Assembly: GCA_001643675.2 (NCBI GenBank)
Contig: LSRY02000013.1
Span: 1,240,001 to 1,304,000 of the forward strand
Reading direction: 5' to 3'
DNA from: Monocercomonoides exilis PA203
Taxonomy: Eukaryota > Protista > Preaxostyla
Length of the DNA stretch: 64,000 nucleotides
Part shown: positions 25,215 to 43,200 of the stretch, one piece after another
How the letters are laid out: the number at the start of each line of letters is the position of its first letter
Numbering within the stretch: the stretch's first letter is position 1
Program-made: the position numbers and the translations under genes
The notes under the pieces: model-generated
The model's database searches: none
What the model was told of the DNA's origin: nothing
What the model saw: the letters and a program-made list of their open reading frames with translations, nothing else

Positions 25215-26072
25215 TCACTTGCTTCTTCTGCCTCTTCCAAATCAACATAATTCCAAAAAAATAATTGATTTGAGCATTTCTATCTTTTTCTTCTCTTTCT
25301 TCCCTTTTTTCATTTAATAGTTACTGGTTTTTTGTGATTTTTCTCAAACTAATTAATTTTTTTAAACTTTTTTAAACGATCATTTGAGCTTTTTGATTAT
25401 TATTTTTAGTTAAAATGACTGAAAACTTTTTCTTTGCTTCATTATTTGAAAGTTGAATGACTTTCAATAATAAAAATAATTATTTATTTGTTTGTTTTAA
25501 TAAAAAATGAGAAACAATGAACTTTTTTTTTGTTTTAGTTTCTTTTGCATAAACCGCTATTTTTATTATGAAACAAAATTTTGTGTCAAATGAAACAAAT
25601 TCTCCATATGGCAAGGGAAAAGTGTTAAACTTCAAGAAAATGCACTGGAACTTGATTTCACTTGTCAAAAACATTTAGAGTTTCTTGTCTGTAACAGAGA
25701 AGTATTTTTTCTGTTCTCAAACAAACTCCGAAGAGTATTGCAGTTAAGCTTGGATTTGCATTTCTTTATAAAGACAAAAAAAAGTTTATCACGAATGTTG
25801 TTTCTTATATACTATTTATTTTTTATGTGAGAAAAAATATTGTGAAAAATTAAAGAAGAAAGAAAATAATAACTTTCCTATTTTGAAAAAAAAATAAATA
25901 CTATTGTAACTGTTAATGAATTCAATTCATAAAAATACATTTGAAAGAAGCATAATTTTTTTTTCTTTTCTTCTTTTTTTTTCTCAAAAATAAAATAAAA
26001 TAAAATTATTTTTAAATTTTATTCCAGTTTCAAAGAAAATAACTTTGATGTTTTGTTTTTTTGTTTTATTTT

Positions 26073-31642
<5,570 letters not shown>

Positions 31643-31889
31643 TTGAGTATCAAAACTGAAATTTTAAATTTTTGATATCAAATAAAAATATATATTAAGG
31701 TTATATAAAATATTAGATTTGTTTTTAAAAACATCTTTTTTCGGAAGTTTCTTTTTGATAACTTATTTGAACGATAACTTAAACATCAATTTCGAAAACT
31801 AATTATATTAGACATTTTTGATCAGAACAGATTTCCTTTCTTGTATTCTTTTGTGTTAGTGATAATTACAATTCTTTTGTTAATTGATT

Positions 31890-33377
31890 ATGTGGAAAAA
31901 TATTACAAAGAGTTTTATATCACTGATACTACCATTTTTGCCTGTTTTTTACGGATTATTGAATGGACACTTGCTTCCAACTCTTATTGTTATGAATGAC
32001 TCGATATATGGAAAAATTGTTTGCGCATTGTTTTTAACTAAAAAATGTTACAATAACGTTTTGCTCCAGTATTTTATTTTGACAATTTCCAGCTGCTTTC
32101 TAACAATGTTTCAACTTTTGATTCTTCTTTTATTTGGAAGACTTAGACCGGCAGAACGATTTGTATGCTATTTTTTTTATCTCATTTTTTAGAAATGTCT
32201 TATTTTATATGCACCTTTTTTTAAGTTAATTTTCGAATCATTGAAAAGTTACATAAGTGTTAATGTACTTTTTATTGTAATTGTTGGAGTGCCAATAACG
32301 ACTTTAAACTGCACAATTATTTTGCTTCTTTGCCTAAATGAAGTTTTGCTAGAAATGTGCATATTCCGTATTGACTATTACTCAAGCCAAGCTTCTGCTC
32401 CTTTCTTGTTTCATGTTCAATTATTGTTCATTATATCATTGTGCTGTTACTCTGAATATTCTCTAATAAATTGGGGTCGCACAAATGTGTATAAAAGCAA
32501 GATTTCAGTTATGGTTATTTATGAATCGGCCAAATTCATAGCGAAGGAATGCTCAGTGATATATAACTACATCATCAGGCTTATGGAGCACAACATCCCT
32601 TCGTTCGACTCACAAACGCACAAAATATCCGTCTTCACGAAGCTGTTCAACATCGTTGTCCAGTGCATCGAGCCAGCGTGTGTTTTGTTCCTCCTCTCGT
32701 TCTACGACGTGAACCCCGTCCGCTCCATCCTGATGCTGCTGATGAGCTACAACAAAATCCGCAACGAGATTCTCGAGCTGCGGTCGATGATTGCGCTGCG
32801 CCTGCCCGACGCCACTGAGGAGCAGCTGGCAGCGTCTGACCGCACGTGCCTCATCTGCCGGCTAGAGATGGAGACAGCGAAGAGAGCGCCCTGTGGGCAC
32901 ATGTTCCACGACGAGTGCATCAAAGAGTGGATGCTGCGCCAGAAGTTCTGCCCGACCTGCCGCCGGCCGCTGATAAGAGACCCGAATGAAAGAGAAGGAA
33001 ACGAGCAGAATGAGAATGTGAATGGGAATGAGAGAGAAGAAGAGGCACATGTAGGGGGTGATGCAGAATCTTTGGAAGAATTATCTGCAGATTCATCTGC
33101 TTCTTCTTCTTCTTCTTCTTCTTCTTCAAGTTCTGGCTCTTCTTCTAGTTCGTCGTCATCGTCATCATCATCATCTTCTTCTTCTTCTTCCATTAATGCT
33201 TCACTTGCCTCTCTTTCTAATTCTTCATCTGAATCTGCTTCGTCGTCTTCTCAAACGAGCAATGTCTACGCGACGAAAGAGGAATTAGCAAAGATAATTT
33301 TGTCGTTGGTGAAGGCAATTGATAAAGTCAACAGCCAGGCTCAGAAGGAAGTGGAAAGAGTGAGAAATTCTTCTTCT

Positions 33378-33412
<35 letters not shown>

Positions 33413-33729
33413 TTCTTCCTCCTCTTCTTCTACTTCCTCCTCCTCTTCCTCCTCTTCTTTCCCTATTCATTTTATTTGTTCTCAGCTGAAAAACATCACA
33501 CTTGAAGACTTAGAAAGCAAAACATACGATCAGCTGAAATATCTTTCAGAAATAATTTGTGAAGATGGGATGCAATTTTTGGACAAATGCGAACAGCTTA
33601 TGAAAGATTACAAGGGAAACAGAAAGAATGCTCTGTTAGAAAAGAAAGGAGAAAAAGAAAAAGAAAAAGAAAAAGAAAAAGATGGAAGTGAAGATGATGA
33701 CGAAGGAGAAGGAGAAGGAGAAGGTGATC

Positions 33730-33761
<32 letters not shown>

Positions 33762-33848
33762 CTTCATGAAGCGATGAAGAGAGTTGAAGAATCAATGATT
33801 ACACTTCATGACTTGAATGAAGGAAAAGATGTTAGAAAAAGGCATTGA
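31890..33848 (+). CDS. HRD1: HRD1/gp78-like multi-TM RING-H2 E3 ubiquitin ligase
   Basis: LLFGRLRPAE resembles HRD1 FFGQLRAAE. PDATEEQLAASDRTCLICRLEM..APCGHMFHDECIKEWMLRQKFCPTCR is a RING-H2 domain. Intron 32163-32225 restores the frame; a possible in-frame intron lies at 32019-32069. Confidence 0.78.
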
Positions 33849-34079
33849 AAGCAAACCCCTGTTGCGTTCTAAACAAAAAGTGGTTTATTTTTTTATTTGA
33901 TTGTTATTCACTACACTTTTTTTTTCTTTTCTTTGCTTTTTATTTTTTTTTTAAGTTTGTTTACTTATTATTGTATGTTTTGATGCGTATTCTTTTGGCA
34001 ATTCATTTGATTTATGTTTAAAATCACATTCAAAAAGCATATTTTATGATTAATGATTTATCGTTTTCAAAACACACAC

Positions 34080-34080
<1 letters not shown>

Positions 34081-34135
<55 letters not shown>
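34081..34135 (+). repeat. poly(A) tract, ~55 nt
   Basis: Directly visible. Confidence 0.9.
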
Positions 34136-34138
<3 letters not shown>

Positions 34139-34291
34139 TACGAAGCAACAATATTAATAATGCTTTTCAAAAGTTTCAATTTGTGTATTTCTATTCAATT
34201 ATATTTTTTTTTTGCAAATTTCTCTATCTTTAACTCCCTTAATAAATGAAAACAGATATCAATTTTTCTAATTGTAGATCTTGTGATAGAG

Positions 34292-37200
34292 ATGCAGTTA
34301 TCGGTTATATTTTTCACATTCCTAGCATGCATTTTTAACGGCAATGCTGAAGAGAATAAGTATTCTATCGAGCAACAACCTGACGATGAGCGCGAAAGCG
34401 AGAAGATATTTTTAAATCCTCAGGTGCACAGTCATCTTGGATATTCATCGATACCTAAAACATTTTACAACAATTCATTTCATTGCATGAGAAAATTTCA
34501 GCAGAGCACCAGCGTTGGAAACACTGAAGTTGAAGGAGAAATCGAAAAGATCAATTTCAGAAATAATATGAAGGAAACCAGAAACATTTCGCAGACTTTT
34601 GCACCAGAAACATCAAGCAAATATTTTATGCGCTATTCCAAAAAATACTTCAGTGCGCACATCCAAAGTGAGATTGAGGGATGCATTTGTGGATGGAACT
34701 CATCCATTGAATTGTGGGAGATTGAGCTGGTGGGAGGTGAGTGCGGGGGTGTGATGCGTGGAAGGAAGGGGAGTGTGGTTGTTGTGAGAGGGTGCGTTGT
34801 GGGGATGGGGAAGGACAATGAGGCAGGGGCATTTGATCTGAGTGGGAGCATTGGGGTGTTGGCAAACATCACATTGAAAGGGTGGGGAAGAGAGGGAGAG
34901 ATATATTCAGGCAGACTGTTTGGAGGGAAGGGAGATGGAGGGGAGAAGAGTGGAGGTGAAGAAAAAGAAGGAGGAGAAAGAGGAAGGGGAAGAGGAAGAG
35001 AAGGAGATGGTGATGGAGAAGACATTGAAGGGAGTATTTCGGTGAGTGAATCACGATTCTCTTCTTTTTGTGTCTCATCGGCTCCATTCCTCTCATCACC
35101 TTCAATATCCCTTATATCCCTCTCCAAATTATCATTTTTCAATATCTCAACAGCAAATGATGCATGCTCATCTCCAACAGCTTCATTTTCCCAAACCTCA
35201 TGTCTGATGAATAGTTGTTCATTTTCGTCTGTTTGTGATGCATATGATGGCGGGATTGTTCATTCCCTCAACAACCCCTATGCCACTCTGACTGTTTCAA
35301 ACACTTCATTCATTGGATGTTATCGAGTAAGAAATGTTGAACATATTGGAACTGAAGAAGAAAAGAAACATCCAGGGAGGCAAAACATTACAGAGAATGG
35401 AGAAAATACATTTGTTTGGTGCGAATGGAACGGATCAAAGACAACAGGAGAAAGTGACTCATGGTCGGATGGAATATCGAGTGGTGGGGCCATCTGCATG
35501 TACAGTCAATTGTCGGCAGCTGTTTCAGTTTCGCATTGTGCATTCAATGAATGTGTCGCGCATTGGTGCGGTGGAGGTATTAGTTGCTATTATATTAGAT
35601 CTGTTGAGATTGAAAACAATTCGTTCAACTCATGCACAGCTCAAACTTATTTAGGAGGAGGAATGTGCATTGTGTCAATTTCATCGTGTGTTCGGATCAG
35701 CGGATGTGAATTCCAGAATTGCAAAGCAATTGGCTATGGTGGAGGGCTTCATCTCGAAAATTTTCAGGTTTCTGGAATAGGGTGTGTTGGAAATGAAAGT
35801 GGAGAAGGGGAGAGCGCGTGTGTGTTTGACTGCTGTTTCACTTCATGCTCAATCACAAATAATTATGGAGGAGGCATGCGTTGTTACAATTTTCCTGTTC
35901 AAGTTAAGATTAGAAGCATTCAATTTATTTCATGTTCTGCATTAAGAGAAGGCGGAGGATTAGGCTTTGATCCAAATCGAGCAACAGCACCTGATGATGG
36001 AATCTATTGTTATTTTTTGTTTTTTCACGAATGCAAATGTTCTGCAAATACGCTATATGGGCATGATGTGATGTACTATGATCGCTATGGTCTTTTTAAT
36101 TCTTCAAACAATCCTTTCTATGAATGCTACACAACAAATGAAAATGACAAGAGAGTGTGTTATGGATATGATTATTCGAGTACAGGGAGTTGGAAATATC
36201 AGCACACAGAAAAGTGGGATTGGTTGAAGGACAAGACGATTTATGTTTCAGTGAAAGGGAATGATTCATCTCTTCTTTGCGGGGCAAATGAAACATTTCC
36301 TTGTCTGACAGTGAAAAAGGCGTTTGAGATGTGCGAAATACAGATAAGCTTGGCAATCACGTTGATGGAAGGGAATCATGTGAGTGAGACAACAACTATT
36401 GAGATTGGAGAAAAGAAGATTTTAGTCATTGGGACGGGCAAAGATAAGAGTTCGATTGGAACAGGAGCACTTTCATCGGTAGGAGCGTTGTTCAGTGTGA
36501 CAACAGGTAACCTTGGTTTATTGCACATGAAAGTTGATTGCAACTCAAATGCAAGTCCTTCTTCACCGAGTGTGGTTGTGGTGTCTGATGGGGGTGGGTC
36601 ACTCTCGTTGGAGGATGTTGTGATCACCACGAGTAAAACAGGAGACTATGTGATGTCGTCGTCAGTGTTTGTGGTGCCGCTGTCGCAGCTGTCGATGGTT
36701 GGTGTGGAGATCAAAGATATGAATGTCTCAAAACCATTGTTTTCCGAGCCGAATCTCTCTTCTCCTTCTTCTTCTTCTTCATTGTCGTCATCTGCACTGT
36801 ATCTGACAGCCACAGCATCAAGAGATAGCGTGCTTGCGAATGCAAAGGTGACGAATGTGAAGTTGACTGAAGGAGATGGGGTTGTTGTAGCAAAGAGTGT
36901 GAAGGTGGGAGAGACATTTGTGGTCAAGAATATGACAATTGAGGATTGCGAGTGCAAGGATGGAAGTGGTGGCGGGATCAAGGTTGAGATGGAAACAGAT
37001 ACATGCAAGCTTCAGGTTGAAAGAACAACAGCAATCAAGAGATGCAGAAGTGGCAAATATGGAGGAGGAATGATGCTGTATCTGGCTGAAAACTCGATTG
37101 ACTTCTCAATTGTGTCAGTTGACTTTTCAGGGTGTTCTGCTTCATTGGGAGGGAATTATGTGTTTGTGAATGGGAGCAATTCAGCGAGCTGGGGAATAAC

Positions 37201-40200
37201 AACAGAAAAGCTGGATGTCCAACATGACGATTCAAAATACAATGAGCTTGTGGGATATGATCGGAGTGACACAACAATGGGGCTGTTCCCATTGAATGTA
37301 TATTTGGACAGATATCCAGATGCAGCACATGTGGGGAAGGGGAAGAATGGGCTGGGTGGATACAACTCGTGGTTCTGTGGGTTTGATTATTATCCGTGTG
37401 CAACCATCACCCATGCAACGCAGGTGAGATATCCCGGCACAAACAAGAAGATCGAATTGGATTCAGGATATGAGCTTGCTGAAGAGGTTGGAATGACAGA
37501 TGGCCATGAATGGGAGATTTCATGTGCAACAAAAGGAATGGAGGTTGGGGTGAAAGCACCAGAGAATTTTGAGTCGTCATGTCTGATTGATGTTCAGAGC
37601 ATATGTTCAGTGAGAAACATCAAATTCTGTATTCCATCTGCTCTGTCTTGTGCATCATCATCATCTCTGATCACATCCAACTCCACACTCCTCACGCTCA
37701 CTGATTGTTCTGTTGTTTGTTCCTCTGAGAATTCCATTGGATACAGTTTTGTGAATGTGATTGGGGGAAAAGTGAAAGTGGAGGGATTGGTGATCACAGA
37801 AACATTGATATTTGGAGAACATTCACTGATTGAGTTTGGTGAAGGGGTGGAATCAGTTGTGTTTTGTGGATGTGAGGTGAACAACATTGAGAAGAGAAGT
37901 GGAGATGGAGGATGGGTGAGTGGGGTGGTTGGGCCAGAGAGAGATGAGGGGAAGAATGGGATAATTGTGATTGAATCGTGTGTTGTGAAGGGGTGCAGGT
38001 GTGCTGGTGGAAGAGGAGGAGGGATGAGTGTTGTTGTGAAGGGGGAAGGGAGTGTTATTGTGAATGGGAGTTGTGTGATTGATGGGTGTGAGGCGAAGGG
38101 TTCAGGGGAGAGTTCAGATGGGAAAGGGGGAGGGAGAGGGGGAGGGATGATGATTGTGATGGAGAGCAGGGATGGTTCAATGAAAATGGAATCTGGAAGA
38201 GAGGGTTTGTTTGTGTTTGGAGAGAATAACAAAGCTTCATATGGGAAAGATGTGTTTGTTGGTTGTGGTGGAGGAGTGTTATTGGAATCGAAAGTGAATG
38301 GGAGTTCATTTGCATTTTTTGATTATCGTGTGATTCCAACAGATGTGTTGAAGTTGTGTGGGAGTGAGGATGGGAGAGAAGGGGAAGTGATTCCGCTGTT
38401 TGTGTATTTGTGTTCAATTGGCTCGAAGTTGAGAGTTGATGGGAGAGGAGAGAGGGCACTGGATCAGAGCCATTGTGGGTTTGAGGAGTTTGGGTGTTTG
38501 ACGATTGACTATTGTGTTGAGAAGAGAGCGAGCAGCAATGTGAATGAAATCGAAGTTGCCTCAGAATCATGGATAAAGAATGAGATGAAAGTGGCATTAT
38601 TTGGTGTGAGTGTTTCAGGGAAAGAAGAAGGGATGAGGGTGATTGTGAGAGATGAAGGATCGATAAGCCAGAATAACCTTATTGAGTGCACAAAATCATT
38701 TGAGATGAGACATTTGTCATTTGTGCTGAATGAAGAGATGAATGGGAGGAGAAGTGGATTTATCCACTCCTCCTCATCATTATCAACCATCACAATGACC
38801 AGCTGTTCAATCTCATTTGGAAATGATGAAATGATTGGATACAATGTGATATGTGTTGAGGGAGGAGGGCTGATTGTGGATGGATTTGTGATGGAAGGGG
38901 GAGTGACACTGAAGATGAATGGGAAATCGCCAATTGTTATTTCAAATGGAGTTGAATTGGAGATGAATCACAGTCGAATGAATGGAGTGGGAGTTACAGG
39001 TGGAAATGGAGGAGGAGGAGGAGGATGTTTGAATGTGGAGATGAAAGGAGGAAGTGCAAAAATTGAAGAATGCAATTTGTCATCAGTGTGTTCAGGGGGG
39101 AGCGGGATGAAAGGGGGAGGGATGAAGATATCAGTGGGGAAGGGAGGGAGGTTGGAAATGAAAAATGTGAAATATTCAGGGTGTGAAGTGCCAAGAGAGG
39201 ATATTGAGGAGGGAGGGAGAGGAATGGGAGGAGGGATGTTTGTGAAGCTGGCAGATGAGATGGGAACATTTGTGATGGAAGGGATGGAATTTGTGGGATG
39301 CGATGCTTGGAAGGGGAAGAATATGTTTGTTTCTGGATGGGATCTGAGAGAGATTGTGAATGAGGAGCACCTGAAATGGGAGATGAGTGAAAGGGGGTTG
39401 AGATCGTTGGATGGGTTGTGTGGATGGGAGAGGATGACAACAGGAGAGGAGGGATATGTGATTCCTTTGGTTGTGTATTTGTGGAGAAACTGGAGTGGGG
39501 ATGGGTTTGTTTCTCGAGAGAAAGGAGGAGACTTCAGTGGGTGTGGGTATTCAGAAGCACCCTGCTCATCGATTGACCACTTGATATCACTTCGATATCC
39601 AATTCTTGGAGAAGGGGATACACACATCAGGATTGTGGGATCAGGGCTGCTGAGTCATTCCATTTCATTTTCATCATCAATATCAGAGTCACAAAAAGTG
39701 GTGATTGAAGGAACAAAGAAAGGGACAGGAGTGACGCTCAGTGATGAAGATGAGAATGATCTGGATAATGGCTCAATGATATCCTCGAATGTGAGTCTGT
39801 CATTTGTGAATGTGTCATTCACCAAGCCAGCCATCACAACCCATCATGAAGCGTTGATTGAATCCTCTGGAGCAAACACATTATTGTCGGTTTCAGATTG
39901 TTCATTTGGCCCATGGAGAGGGGTGGCAGAAAGTTTTGGATATTATGTGATGAGAGTGGATGGGGGGAGTGTATTGATTGAGAAATGCACGATGAATTTG
40001 ATTTCTGATTTGAAAGGGTTGATTGCCTTCAGGCCTAGTGCAGCTGAGGTGACTGTTCAGAATATGAACATTTCATTTGTCGATGTGACAGAAAGAAGCC
40101 TGATTTCGATGATGGAAGAGGCGGACAAGATGAATGGAGAAAAGAAGGTTTTTTCAAATGGGAACAGACCAGTTTTGAGGGTTGTTGGATGCTCATTTTC

Positions 40201-43200
40201 CAATATCACGAATGAAGGGATTGGAGCGAGTGTTGTTGATGTGGGATCATTTGAGGATGGAGTGGAGTGTGTGGTGGATGAATGTTCGATGTCGAGTTGC
40301 AAGAGTGGTTTGAGCATTGAAGGAGGGGGGATGAAAGTGGTGCTGAAGAGCGAAGAAACAGTTTTTAAAATCAACGATAGCTCTTTTTCGATGTGCAAGT
40401 GCTCGAAGGAATCAGGGTGTGGAGGAGGGCTGTTCATTGATGGGTCTGACCCACATGCGAATTATGGAAATGAAAGTCAGATTCCGCCTCTGAATTTCAA
40501 GATTGTGAACATCCTGTTTGTGATGAATGAGGCACATGTTGGGAAAGACATATTTGTCAGATGCCACTCAATTGCTCATCAGATCAACGAAACACTGTTT
40601 GCACTGAACTACAACCAGGAATCACTGAACTCAAACAACTCGATCTGTGGGAGAGATGCTTCGAGCGAGGGAGATGTTGATCTGATTCCGCTGATCACAT
40701 TCTATTATGGGCTTCAAGTGTTTCTTAGTTCTACAGGGACGGATGGGAGAAGATGTGGGGCTCAAATCAATCCATGTTCCAGTATCAACTGCGGGATTGA
40801 CCACATCCAGGAAGGGGTGATGAATGCGATTCTGATTGATGGGGAAGGGACTGTTTCGGGAGAATGTGCAATTGAAGATCTGGTTGTGACTTCATTCAAA
40901 AAGGCACAGGCGATTGTGAAGCTGAAATCCAAGATTGAAAAATCGACAGAGAAGGATTGCATCATGGAGTTTGTGAATGAATGTGGAGTGGAGAGGTGCT
41001 CATTCCAGTTTGAAGATGGATTTGAATCAATTCACAATTATCTTTTGAAGGTGAAGAATGGATCACTGGAGATACAGAAATGTGAATTCTTCTCCTCTAC
41101 CGATGAACTGAAATTGAACAATTCAGTTATGAGTGTTGAAAGCGGAGAACTGATGATATTTGATTCAACATTCAGAGATGTTCATTCTGCAAGATCGGTG
41201 CTTTTATTCAACAAAGAATCCTATGTGATAATTGATGAAACAAGAATATTGAATGTGGAATGTGAGAAAGATGTTGTGAGTATTGGAGGAAAAGCGAAGG
41301 TGGAGATGAAAGAAATGGAAGCTGAAAATGTGACTCTGTTGTCGAGAAGGTGCGTGATTGCGATGGAAGACGCTGAGCAAGAGGTGAGCATGCTGAACTG
41401 CTCGTTTGGTAAATATGTGAATTCGGTTGATAAGGGAAGCATGATGCAGATCAGGAATTCCAAGGATGTGAGGGTTGAGATATGTGTGTTTGATGGAGAA
41501 AAAGAAGCAGATGCAGTCAATGAAGAACAAGAAAGAGTAGAGAAATTATGCAAATGGAATGGGTCATTGGTTGATATTGAGAGGAGCAATGTGGAGATGA
41601 AGGAAACAACAATCAGAAACAGCAAGGCAGGTGGGTTGTGGGCGAGTGGAGGAAGTTTAATGATTGAAAAAGGAGAATTTGAGAACAACAACCCAGAGAT
41701 TGAAGGATATCCATCAGCTAGAAGGAATGTGATCTGTGCAGGGAATGGGGGATTGAATGTTGTTTGTTTGAAAGGGGGAGATGGACTGAAAGATAACTCA
41801 TCGCTTTGGATGTTGAATGATGGGTGCAGCTTTGAAGGAATCGCAGGAGAAAGGTTATCATCATTTTTCATCCCAGTTCTGGAAGAAGTGAAGAATACAA
41901 CGCAGCCAACAGGAGAAATGGAACTGATCATTCATGGGAAGTTGCTTCTTCCGTGCAATCTGTCAGTGAAGATAAGCATGAAAGACGGGGAAGTTGAGCG
42001 TATCCAAACACAAAAGATCGAAGAAGATGGGTTTGTATCAGAGAACGAGGTGCATTTAAGAATTTCATCAGAACTGATGAAAGTGATGGAGAAGAAAACA
42101 GAAGTGAGTGTGTGGATGGTGTTTGGAAAAGATGAATCATGTTTTTCGAATGGAATTGTGGTGATAAACAAGAGTGAGTCTCAATCAAAAGGAGATGAGA
42201 ATGAGAATGAAGGAGATGACAATATCAATAAAGGAGAATCGAATAATGAATGGATGTTGATTGTTATTGTTGTGATGGGTGTGCTGTTTGTGATATTCAT
42301 GTTTATATTTGCTGCAGTTGTTGTGCTTTTGCGAAAGAAACTGAGGAAAGCCGAAAAGAGAGTTGAAAAAGAGAGATTAGAAAACGAGCAGATAATGGAG
42401 AAGCTTGAGAAGAGAAGAAGGGAAAACAATGGAGGAAGCTTTGAGATGAGTGAAATGCCACCCACATTGCTGGAAGGGATGACAAGTCAGATTCCACTTC
42501 TGATTGACAACGATGAAGAAGATCTTCCAGATCCTCCTTCAACGAACAGCGATGAAATTCTGAATGAAAATGATCTGCCCGATCTGGTACCTCCATTGCC
42601 ATTTTCAGAGAATGCTTCTGCTTCTGGAATACCTCAATCTCATCCATTCAACGTGATATCAGCGAAGAAGCCATTTCGAGAAAAGGAGAAAAGGAACATC
42701 AAAGCATTGCATTCGGTGATTCATTCAGTTCAAGGTGATTTCACGCTGGGAACAAGAGCGATGGATGTTGTTGATGGGAAGGAGGTGGTTTTGGCAGTGG
42801 CAGAGCTGTTTGAGCATTTGATTTCAGTTGGAGACGAAAGGGTGGAAATGATGGCAAGACAGCTGTGCCCATATGCGATATTTGTTGAAGAAGGAAACGA
42901 AAATGAAATATACCTATTGACAGAAGAACTGACTGATGAAAAGCAGAAAGAAGAAATGAAGCGATGGAAGGCACCTGAAGCGGGAGATGAAGAAGAGGGA
43001 ATTGAAAAGGCAGTTGTTTTTTCACTTGGACTGATTCTGCATGAGATGACAACAGGGGAAGTGCCATTGAGTGAATGCAATGCAGAAGAAGCACAGGAGA
43101 TGATAAGGGATGGAGTGCGACCGCTGACAGAAGGAATCGAAGGAGAGGAGCTGATTGAGGTGATGGAGAAGATGTGGACAGATGAGCCAAATGATAGACC

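Noticed and set aside
34081-34135. poly(A) tract as a retroposition scar
   Set aside because: There is no TSD or associated retro-copy, it lies upstream of the receptor gene, and long homopolymers are common in this window.
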